Assembly: GCA_964627425.1 (NCBI GenBank)
Contig: CAZVIY010000011.1
Coordinates: forward strand, 7,763-71,762
DNA from: an uncultured Gemmatimonadota bacterium
GTDB taxonomy: Bacteria; Gemmatimonadota; Gemmatimonadetes; Palauibacterales; Palauibacteraceae
Reading direction: 5' to 3'
Length of the DNA: 64,000 nt
Part shown: one piece after another, positions 20,301-27,415 of the stretch
How positions within the stretch are numbered: the first letter of the stretch is position 1
Layout of the letters: every line of letters starts with the position of its first letter
Translations under genes and position numbers: made by a program
The notes under the pieces: model-generated
Database searches by the model: none
What the model saw: only the letters and a program-made list of their open reading frames with translations
Told to the model about the DNA's origin: nothing

Positions 20301-21073
20301 GCCTCCCCCCGGCCCTCCCGGGCCGCCTCCAGGGCTCCCTCGAAGCCGGCGACGGCGTCGGACGGGAACGCCGGCGCCACCTGACGGAGCTCCTCCAGCT
20401 CCGCCGCCGCCTCTCCGGCCCGACCCTCCTCCAGCTCAGCCTGGGCCAGCTCCAGGCGCGCCGCCACGTTCTCCGGCGACGACTCCACCAGCTCCCGGAG
20501 CAGAGCCGTCCGATCCCCGGGAGAGAGCCGGCTCAGCTCCCACAGGGCCCGCCGGCCCACGTCCCCGTCCACCAGCTCCTGCAGGGACGATCGGGCCTCG
20601 GCCGTATCGCCCGCCGCGGCCCGGGCCGTGGCCATGAGGAGCCGGAGCTCCCCTCCCGCCTCGGCCGGGCTCCGGTCCAGGGCCTGTCGGCCCCAGTCCA
20701 GGGCCGCCGCCGGGTCGCCCCTCTGCAGGGCCACCCGGGCCAGGCTGGCGTAGCCCGCCGGGCTCTCGGGGGCCAGCTCCACCAGGCGGCGGAACTGCTC
20801 CTCGGCCGCCTCCAGCCGGCCGTCCTCCAGGTAGGCGGTGCCCAGGGTCCGGGCGGTGAGGGCCTCGGTGCCCCCCGCCGTCCCGGAACCCGGATCGGCG
20901 GCCTGCTCCCCGTCGCTCCCGCACGCGCCAGCGGCGAGCGCCGCCGTCATGAAGAGCACCACCGGCCACGCCGCCCGGGACCACGGAGCTCGACACCGAC
21001 CGCCGGTTCGGCCGTCGGCCCGGTCGTCGGCGCGGCCGCCGCCCCGGCCGACGGTCCGTCCCCGCCCGATCAC
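17366..21073 (-). CDS. Large lipoprotein: TPR region, FG-GAP/VCBS repeats, ASPIC/UnbV domain and uncharacterised C-terminal domain
   Basis: Start corrected to GTG 21073 (GTGA overlap with upstream stop). Lipobox-like LAAGAC, TPR helices, many DxDxDGxxD repeats, NNHFGIGARVEV..HIGL (ASPIC), KGSCAFLYAWDG. Confidence 0.88.
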   Translation of the reverse strand: MIGRGRTVGRGGGRADDRADGRTGGRCRAPWSRAAWPVVLFMTAALAAGACGSDGEQAADPGSGTAGGTEALTARTLGTAYLEDGRLEAAEEQFRRLVELAPESPAGYASLARVALQRGDPAAALDWGRQALDRSPAEAGGELRLLMATARAAAGDTAEARSSLQELVDGDVGRRALWELSRLSPGDRTALLRELVESSPENVAARLELAQAELEEGRAGEAAAELEELRQVAPAFPSDAVAGFEGALEAAREGRGEAALEELGAFRRRYELTTAYQAALNDLRGPRGVRPGTMELSFARGVAGRAAGEALHLRPATGTVGLSEAAPGVLAAGDVTGDGSPDLVVGGRIYRNGGGRFVEASGLPSDAVPGEVRSAAVADLDNDGRLDLVLAGRERVSLIRSAEGGPAGEAAGDGSAGRVTGLPVPDGTAPGDVQVLDLDQDGDLDVFVAAGGRNLAYRNDGDGTYTELAGEMGLAADGAGSRPDALFLDVDGDGYLDLVATGPGGSIHLYRNRGHGRFDAREIEAAASDGRAGVSLAAGDVDHDGAPELVVARDGRTPVLLENDGTGSFRRSGSVAPGEGDSSAGGGAGGPVSDPARAPAALRLADLDNDGRLDLIRVGPAAATGAGADRRQLEVFFGRADGGFRRAPEVVDGSVPAGTDRLAVADFDDDGDLDLVVAGSGGLAYLRNDGGNANHFLRLRLVGLRDGSGKNNHFGIGARVEVRAGDLYQTRTVQEPVTHIGLADRSRADVVRIVWPNGVPQVRYEASAGTAAAEDQELKGSCAFLYAWDGEGYEMVTDVMWRSALGMPLGIMSGPGAPEDARSGPGSGGAGAPASPARYAPPGASLEYVRIPPGALRERDGAYSLRLTEELWEVAYVDELRLVAVDHPDTAELFVNEAFRPPGPPNDELHPVSARRPPAAAWDGEGEDVLPELRASDDVHVADLTPTRYQGVTEPHEIVLRAPETEVGERIRLFLRGWVFPTDASINVAIGQNPRMSVVPPYLQVPDGEGGWRTVMPDLGFPSGKEKTVIADLTGLLPAEDPRVRIRTSMEVYWDEASFAVARPDVELRRTAAHPHRAELAYRGFSREYRKGGRHGPHWFDYDSVSQEPRWGRAITGRYTRYGDVRELLTAADSRSVVMAPGDEIELSFPSDAFPELPAGWSRTFLLYSNGWIKDADLNTRTGHTVEPMPHHGLSAYPPPPGERFPRDSADRAYLEEYQTRVVEPRPSPLSVDGG

Positions 21074-21978
21074 GCTCCCGCCTCCGCCTTCCGGTGCCGG
21101 TCGATCCACATGGCCGCCGGGCCGACCAGCCACAGCGCCAGGATGGGCGGCGAGTAGTAGAGCGGCCCGAGGAAGCCGACACCGTGGTCGGCCGCCGTAC
21201 GGATGAGAGACTCCACCAGAGCGATGATCAGCACCACGGCGATCCTTCCCTTCTTGCTGGAGACGGTGGTCCGGGGATCGGTGACCATGAAGAAGACGAA
21301 GAGCTGGTACATGGGACCGGTGACCGGCGCCACTTCCGCGAGGAAGGGGCCCCCGCCCCCGACGAGGGTGCGGAGACCGGCCAGCGCCACGAAGGCGATC
21401 ACGTAGGTCCCGGTCACGTGAAGCATCCCCACCCGTGCCACGATCATCAAGCCGAAGAACCAGATGACGGCGTTCACCGCCAGGCTGTTTCCCATCTGCT
21501 GGCTGAGGATGGCCACGCTCTCCGGCGCCAGGAGCACCAGGGCGCCGATGCCGAAGTTGCTGGGGTTGAACAGGTGGCGACCCCGGTGGCGGATCACGTA
21601 CTTGGAGGCGATGGACAGGAAGCCGCCCAGGAGGAACGGCCACAGGATGTTGGCCTGCGGCTTCGTGAGGATGGCGAGGCTCACGCCCGTGATGTAGGCG
21701 CTCACCGGGCTCGCCAGCTCGCCCCGTACCAGCCAGGACAGCGCGAGCTCCGTGACGATGCAGGCCACCAGGGCCCCGACCAGGCGCTCGTAGCCCCCCA
21801 GGACCCCGTAGCTGGCCTCGCCCAACACCAGGACCGTGGTGATGAGGGCGACGATGAGGGTCTTGGGCTGGAGCCCCGCCAGCCAGTCCACCGCTCCGTC
21901 CGGGAGGAGGCTCCGGAGGAGCGACCCGGCCCGGGACGCGGCCCCGGCGCCGGCCCCGGCGGACGCGCTCTCGCTCAC
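21070..21978 (-). CDS. UnbU-like / RnfD-NqrB-related integral membrane protein
   Basis: Multi-TM; SAYITGVSL, SKYVIR..RHLFNPSNFG, FFMVTDPRT. Confidence 0.8.
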   Translation of the reverse strand: MSESASAGAGAGAASRAGSLLRSLLPDGAVDWLAGLQPKTLIVALITTVLVLGEASYGVLGGYERLVGALVACIVTELALSWLVRGELASPVSAYITGVSLAILTKPQANILWPFLLGGFLSIASKYVIRHRGRHLFNPSNFGIGALVLLAPESVAILSQQMGNSLAVNAVIWFFGLMIVARVGMLHVTGTYVIAFVALAGLRTLVGGGGPFLAEVAPVTGPMYQLFVFFMVTDPRTTVSSKKGRIAVVLIIALVESLIRTAADHGVGFLGPLYYSPPILALWLVGPAAMWIDRHRKAEAGA

Positions 21979-21982
21979 CCCC

Positions 21983-23773
21983 TCACCCGCCGTCCGCGGT
22001 GGAATCGGGCTCCTGGATCAGGTGGACGGTCTCCCCCGCCGGGCCGTCGATGCGCTGCCGGAGGCCCGAAGGCCACTCGATGACCGTGCTGTCGGGTCGC
22101 GCCTCGCCGTCCAGGCCGAAGAGGAGCCTCGGGCCGTTCTGCGACGCGAAGCCCGTGGCCGCCGTCTTCACCTGGGTTCGGGCGCCAGTCTCGCCGTACA
22201 CGGTGACCCGGGCCCCCACCGCCCCCCGGTTGCTGACGGTCCCCTCCAGGTCGAAGGCGATCCAGCCCGGCGAGCCGTCCACGTCGTTCCGGTAGATCAG
22301 CGCCCGGTCCGCCTGGTTCGCCACGGCGGCGTCCAGGTCGCCGTCGTTGTCCAGGTCCGCCAGAGCCAGCCCCCGACCGTCGAGCCGGTCCTGGATCCCC
22401 ACGCTTCCCGCCACGTCGGCGAAGCCTTCGCTCCCCCGGTTCACGAGGACCCGGGACCGCTGGTATCCGGAGAGGCTCCGGTCCCCGATGGCCGGCCAGT
22501 TCTCGGCGTTCTGGAAGATCGCCTTGTTGGCGCCGGTGATCTTCGCCATGTCGTACCAATACTGGTCGTTCCGGTCGGCGGAGATCATCCCGTTGACCAC
22601 CATGAGATCCGCCCGGCCGTCCAGGTTCAGGTCCCCGAACTGGGCGCCCCAGGCCCAGCCCGCGTCGGCCACGGGACCGGTGGCCACCTCCTCGAAGCGC
22701 CCCAGCTCGTCCAGGAAGTTGATCCGGAGGTTGTTCCCCTGGAACAGGTAACCCCGCTCGGAGATGTTGGTCACGTAGACGTCGAGTCTCCCCCTGCTCT
22801 GGACGTCACCCAGGGCCACGGTCATGCCGCTCCCGGATTCGCCCAGCCCCGCCTCGACCCGCTCGAACCGCTCCCCCTCCCGATTCAGCCAGAGCTCCTC
22901 GGGCCCGTAGTCGTTGGCCAGGTAGAGGTCCGGCCAGCCGTCGTCGTTCAGGTCCGCCGAGGCCACCGCCAGCGTCCACCGCGTCGTCCCCGCGCCGACC
23001 TCGTCGGTCACCTCGCGGAAGCGCCCGTCGCCCAGATTGCGGAAGAGCCGGTTTTCCCCGCCGTTCATGGCGTATTCCCAGCTCTCCGGAAGGACGCTGG
23101 TGGTCTCCAGGTCCCAGAGGGTGAGATCCTCCCGGTAGTAGCCGCAGACGTAGAGGTCCAGCCGCCCGTCCCGGTCGTAGTCGAACCACACGGCGCAGTT
23201 GGAGTTCATCCAGCGATCGAGGCCGGCCTCCCCGGTCACGTCCTCGAAGGCGAGGGTCCCCGTCTCGGACAGCCGGTTCTCCATCAGTGCGAGCCGCCCC
23301 CACCGGTAGACCAGGGCGTCGGTGTCGCCGTCGTTGTCGTAGTCGGCCCACACGGAGCCCATGGAGACCCCCTCGCCCCGGCGGTTCAGCTCCGCCAGGC
23401 CCACCTCACCGGCAATCTCCCGGAAGGTCCCGTCCCCCTGGTTCAGGTAGAACGCGTTGGGATGGCCGAAGCGGCTGTTGGTGAAGTAGAGGTCCACCCA
23501 TCCGTCGTCGTTCGCGTCCACCGCGGCCACCGAGGCCCCCATCATGGCGATGTAGGGCTCGATGTGGGAGAGCTTGGGATCCAGCTCGGGCGGATGGTGG
23601 ACGAACTCCACGCCGGCCCTCGCGGAGATCTCCTGGAAGCGGAATCCGGCGTCCACCGCGTCTCCGCTGGCCAGGGCGGACCGGTTCAGGTGGACGACCA
23701 GGCCGAGGCCGGCCACGAAGAGCACCGTCACCGCGAGGCGTGCGATCTTCTCGGGGATCATGGGAGGGCTCAT
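21983..23773 (-). CDS. CRTAC1/ASPIC-UnbV family protein with FG-GAP repeats
   Basis: N-terminal anchor, DANDDGWVDLY, DYDNDGDTD, DYDRDGRLDLY, GWAWGA, SNRGAVGARVTV..GFASQN..LLFGL. Confidence 0.9.
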   Translation of the reverse strand: MSPPMIPEKIARLAVTVLFVAGLGLVVHLNRSALASGDAVDAGFRFQEISARAGVEFVHHPPELDPKLSHIEPYIAMMGASVAAVDANDDGWVDLYFTNSRFGHPNAFYLNQGDGTFREIAGEVGLAELNRRGEGVSMGSVWADYDNDGDTDALVYRWGRLALMENRLSETGTLAFEDVTGEAGLDRWMNSNCAVWFDYDRDGRLDLYVCGYYREDLTLWDLETTSVLPESWEYAMNGGENRLFRNLGDGRFREVTDEVGAGTTRWTLAVASADLNDDGWPDLYLANDYGPEELWLNREGERFERVEAGLGESGSGMTVALGDVQSRGRLDVYVTNISERGYLFQGNNLRINFLDELGRFEEVATGPVADAGWAWGAQFGDLNLDGRADLMVVNGMISADRNDQYWYDMAKITGANKAIFQNAENWPAIGDRSLSGYQRSRVLVNRGSEGFADVAGSVGIQDRLDGRGLALADLDNDGDLDAAVANQADRALIYRNDVDGSPGWIAFDLEGTVSNRGAVGARVTVYGETGARTQVKTAATGFASQNGPRLLFGLDGEARPDSTVIEWPSGLRQRIDGPAGETVHLIQEPDSTADGG

Positions 23774-23825
23774 ACCCTGCCGGCGTCCGTCGCGTGCCGG
23801 CTCCGGCGGGGGCGGTTGGCGGCCC

Positions 23826-24902
23826 TCAACGGAATCGCCAGAGCCGGACCTCGAGCTCCCGCTCCCCCTCCTCCGGGGCCCGGTGCTGGATCAGGATCGG
23901 GCTCTGGTAGGTGCCCTGCACGATGCGGTGGTCTCCCTCGCCCTCGCCCTCGTCGGGCCGGACCAGGAAGCTCACGCTCCGCTTGAGCCGGAAGAGTCGG
24001 AAGGCCGGGCCGGAGAGCCGGGACAGGATACGGTCGGTCACGTCCCGGCCCGCTCCCAGGAGGTCCATGGCCTCGTTGTAGAGGTGGAGGAGATCGTAGA
24101 CGGCGTACTCCCTGGTCCGGCCGGCGATGGAGCCGGGATTGCGGAGGAAGCGACGGCCGTGCTGCATCATGTAGCGGAGGGGGTTCCGGATCGCCTCCGG
24201 GAGGTCGTTGCGCATGAGCAGCGTCTCGTACTCGTTGACCGTGAGCCCGGCGTCCCGCTCCGCCGGCGGGAGACGGATCTCCACCCGGCCGTAGCGGACG
24301 TCCCGATCCAGGAGGAGACCGTGGAGGCGACCGAAGAGGCCGAACCGGTCCTCCTTCAGGTTGAACGAGTCCACCTGGTGCTCCGAGGGGACCGGGATCG
24401 AGACCGTTCCCCGAAAGGCCAGCTCCTCGTCGTCGAAGCCCACCACCGTGGTCCGCCGGGTACGGGTGAGATCCTCGTTCATCCCGTCCAGGTCGATGAA
24501 GTAGATGGGCCGGCCGGGTCGATTCTCGTAGGTCACGCAGTTCTTCAGCCCGGCGCTGATGTAGGTCAGGTGCGAGTCCGCGTTCACCGGCTCGCACTTC
24601 TTCTCCTCCTCGGTGAGCTCGTCCCTGAGCTCCATCCGATCGTGATGGTAGCCGGCGTCGGGAGGGAACACGCGCTGGAAGAGGCCGATGAAGCGGTCGA
24701 GCTCCTCGTTGCTGTTGCCCAGGCGCTCGCAGATCCACTCCTCCAGGTAGCCCGCGGTGGTATGGAACGAGCAGAGGAGTGTACGACGGTGCCTGCGGAA
24801 GAACTCCTCGTCCCTCTCCCGCACCTTCTCGGCCACGTCGATGAAGTCGGACCGGGAGCGGGGCTGGAGGTCGAGGCTGATTTCCGACGGGATGGACGCC
24901 AT
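23826..24902 (-). CDS. Protein with two tandem YjbQ/UPF0047-like repeats
   Basis: First half: HTTAG, PPDAGYHHD, NADSHL, IYFIDLDG..R. Second half: AGLTVNEYE..NDL, SVSFLV..IVQGTYQ. Matched by eye to YjbQ consensus. Confidence 0.65.
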   Translation of the reverse strand: MASIPSEISLDLQPRSRSDFIDVAEKVRERDEEFFRRHRRTLLCSFHTTAGYLEEWICERLGNSNEELDRFIGLFQRVFPPDAGYHHDRMELRDELTEEEKKCEPVNADSHLTYISAGLKNCVTYENRPGRPIYFIDLDGMNEDLTRTRRTTVVGFDDEELAFRGTVSIPVPSEHQVDSFNLKEDRFGLFGRLHGLLLDRDVRYGRVEIRLPPAERDAGLTVNEYETLLMRNDLPEAIRNPLRYMMQHGRRFLRNPGSIAGRTREYAVYDLLHLYNEAMDLLGAGRDVTDRILSRLSGPAFRLFRLKRSVSFLVRPDEGEGEGDHRIVQGTYQSPILIQHRAPEEGERELEVRLWRFR

Positions 24903-25014
24903 CCGCGATGGGAGTTGAGCTGGGTGGATTCCGGGCGCGCGCGAGCCCTCCCGGGAGAGCGGTGAAGCCAGGATATCCTACCCGAGAGAGGAACGCACTG
25001 CAATCGCCGACCCC

Positions 25015-25977
25015 GTGCCGACGGACGATACCAGACCGCCTCCCCGGAGGTCCCCGGACGGTTCGGCGGACCCGGAATCCCGGGGCTGGCGTCGCCGAGT
25101 GGCGGAGCGGCTGGCCCCCTGGGCCGTGGGCCTGACCCTGGTCCTGGGCCTGCCGGCGCTCTTTCCGGACCTGGTGCGTCGGGCCGCCCCGCTCCTCCTC
25201 TACCATCCCGCCTCCCTGGCCGCCGACCGGTCGAGCCCCTCCGCCTGGGACCTCGGGGAGGGAGAGGAGGTCTGGCTGGAGACCGAGGACGGCGTCCGGG
25301 TCCACGGCTGGTGGGTCCCGTCCGCGTCGGCCCGACGCCGGGGCGCCCTGCTCTTCCTCCACGGGAACGCGGGGAACATCGCCGGTCGGGCCCCGCTGGC
25401 CCGGGACCTGGCCGACGCCGGCCTGGACGTGTTCCTCCTGGACTACAGGGGCTACGGCCGGAGCGAGGGACGTCCGTCCGAGGAGGGCCTCTATCTCGAC
25501 GCCCGGGCGGCCTACCGGCACCTGCGGGAGGAACGGGCCGTGACGCCCGGGGAGCTGGTGGTGGCCGGCCATTCCCTGGGGGGCGCGGTGGCCGCGCACC
25601 TGGCCTCGTCCCGGCCCGTGGGGGCGGTCGTGGTGACGGCCTCCTTCACCGACCTGGCCGCCGCGGCCCGGGCCGTCTATCCATGGCTCCCCGACGCCTG
25701 GTTCCGCTGGTCATCCTCGCCCTTCCCCACCCTCCGGCGTATGGCCCGGCTGGACGGGCCGGTCCTCGTGGGACGCGGCTCGGCGGACCGCCTGATTCCC
25801 GGGGAGCAGGTCCGGGCCCTCTACGAGGCGGCGCCCGAGCCCCGGCGGTGGGTGGAGGTCCCCGGTGCCGGCCACGGGGACCTCTGGCTCGACGGCTCGT
25901 TCATTCGGGTGCTCGTCGACTTCACCGATCGATACCTGGAGGGCCCGGACCCGGAGGAACGGCCCCCGGGCCCGTGA
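25015..25977 (+). CDS. Alpha/beta hydrolase (BEM46/ABHD-like) with N-terminal membrane anchor
   Basis: LFLHGNAGN, DYRGYGRSEG, GHSLGGA nucleophile elbow, GAGHGD. Confidence 0.9.
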   Translation: MPTDDTRPPPRRSPDGSADPESRGWRRRVAERLAPWAVGLTLVLGLPALFPDLVRRAAPLLLYHPASLAADRSSPSAWDLGEGEEVWLETEDGVRVHGWWVPSASARRRGALLFLHGNAGNIAGRAPLARDLADAGLDVFLLDYRGYGRSEGRPSEEGLYLDARAAYRHLREERAVTPGELVVAGHSLGGAVAAHLASSRPVGAVVVTASFTDLAAAARAVYPWLPDAWFRWSSSPFPTLRRMARLDGPVLVGRGSADRLIPGEQVRALYEAAPEPRRWVEVPGAGHGDLWLDGSFIRVLVDFTDRYLEGPDPEERPPGP

Positions 25978-26004
25978 ACCGGCCCGGCCGGCGCAGCGGA
26001 GGGC

Positions 26005-26433
26005 TCACACGATATCCACGAGCTCCAGGTCGAAGGTGAGGGGACGTCCCGCCAGGGGATGGTTCGCGTCCAGCACCACGCGATCCTCGTTCAGGTCCGC
26101 CACGTGGACCTCGAAGGCATCCCCCTCCGGGGGGCGCACTTCCAGCGGATCGCCCACCTCGGGCTCCAGCTCCCCGGGGAGCTGATCCCGGCTCACCGTG
26201 AAGACGAGGTCCTCGTCGCGAGCCCCGTACGCCTCGTCCGGATCCAGCGTCACGGTCTTCGTGTCGCCCGGCTCCATCCCGGCCACGGACTGCTCGAATC
26301 CGTTGATGACCTCGTCCGCGCCCAGCGTGAACTCCAGGGGCTCCCCCTCGGGCGACTCGTCGAAGACCGTCCCGTCGTCCAGACGGCCCTCGTAAGCGAC
26401 CCGGACCGTATCACCGACGCTCGCTTCTGCCAT
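26005..26433 (-). CDS. FKBP-type peptidyl-prolyl isomerase (SlyD/FkpB-like, no His-rich tail)
   Basis: GDTVRVAYEGRLDDGTVFD, AYG, VLDANHPLAGRPLTFDLELV. Confidence 0.93.
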   Translation of the reverse strand: MAEASVGDTVRVAYEGRLDDGTVFDESPEGEPLEFTLGADEVINGFEQSVAGMEPGDTKTVTLDPDEAYGARDEDLVFTVSRDQLPGELEPEVGDPLEVRPPEGDAFEVHVADLNEDRVVLDANHPLAGRPLTFDLELVDIV

Positions 26434-26544
26434 GCTCCGCTCCCCTGCTCGGGTGTTCTGCTCTCAGCTTGCCGGGATTCTCTACTGCAAATACCGGGAA
26501 AGCAGATCGCGGGCGGAGGCGACGGATCGCGAAGCGGGAGTCCC

Positions 26545-26573
26545 TTGAACGGCTATGTGTGGGGACGTAGAGT
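26545..26573 (+). promoter_or_regulatory. Putative sigma70-type promoter
   Basis: TTGAAC-17 nt-TAGAGT upstream of the 26690 ORF. Confidence 0.5.
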
Positions 26574-26689
26574 GGGAGTCCGCGGGGGCGGCGCCCCCGA
26601 CACGAAGGGGGAATCGAAGGGAGGGCCGATGGAACGCCCGGCGGACACGGGCCGCCGGGCGGGGACGCGTCCCCGGACCGGGAGATGTC

Positions 26690-27373
26690 ATGCCGTACCG
26701 TACGCTGGTGGCGAAGCTGGACTCGCTCTTCGTCCACGACAACGGCGCCCTCGACGAGACGGCCGCCGTCAACCTCCTCACCGCGCGGCTCGTCTACCCG
26801 CGTCCGGGCATCCAGGCCGTGACGGCCGTGAAGACCCTGGACCTCGGGGACGGAATCGAGCGGGCCTTCGACGAGTCCCCGTTCTCCGAACGGATCCTGT
26901 TCAAGGAGCGGATCCAGGGCCGGACCGAGATCGGCGTCGAGGTGTCAGTCCGGCTCCCCGTCGCCTCGATCCCCGACCTGGTCCGCACCCTGGTCTCCGG
27001 TGCAGCGGGCGGCGGGCTCGCCGTCCTGGGCGACCTGACGGCTCCGCTCCTGGCGGCCGGCGGATCCCGGGCGGCCCGGGAGGTGACCCGGTCCGGCATC
27101 GCCGGGGAGCCCGACCGTGAGGCCTTCGCGGTCATCGGGACCGGCCGTACCGAGATCGACGCCGAGGAGCTGGTCCGGGACGGCGACGTGGTGCGGAACC
27201 TGGAGCTCGCCGTGCCCGAGACCCTGGTCCTCCGCCGGACGCGGCGGGAGATGGAGCGGGACCCCGCCCTGTCGGGACCCTATCACGACCACTACCGGGC
27301 CACCCGGGAGGAGCTCCGGCTGGAGGCCGGCGAGGCGGTGGGCTGGGTCAACCTCCACCTCGCCGCGGAGTGA
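26690..27373 (+). CDS. Hypothetical protein
   Basis: GGAG then ATG at 26690 (MPYRTLVAKLDSLFVHDNG); protein-like composition, promoter upstream; no family recognised. Confidence 0.7.
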   Translation: MPYRTLVAKLDSLFVHDNGALDETAAVNLLTARLVYPRPGIQAVTAVKTLDLGDGIERAFDESPFSERILFKERIQGRTEIGVEVSVRLPVASIPDLVRTLVSGAAGGGLAVLGDLTAPLLAAGGSRAAREVTRSGIAGEPDREAFAVIGTGRTEIDAEELVRDGDVVRNLELAVPETLVLRRTRREMERDPALSGPYHDHYRATREELRLEAGEAVGWVNLHLAAE

Positions 27374-27415
27374 GGACCCGCCCGGGGGGCCCGGCGGCGG
27401 CCCCGGAGGGCGCCG

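Noticed and set aside
17366-24902. A true enediyne biosynthetic cluster
   Set aside because: No iterative PKS, thioesterase or UnbL-like gene in the window
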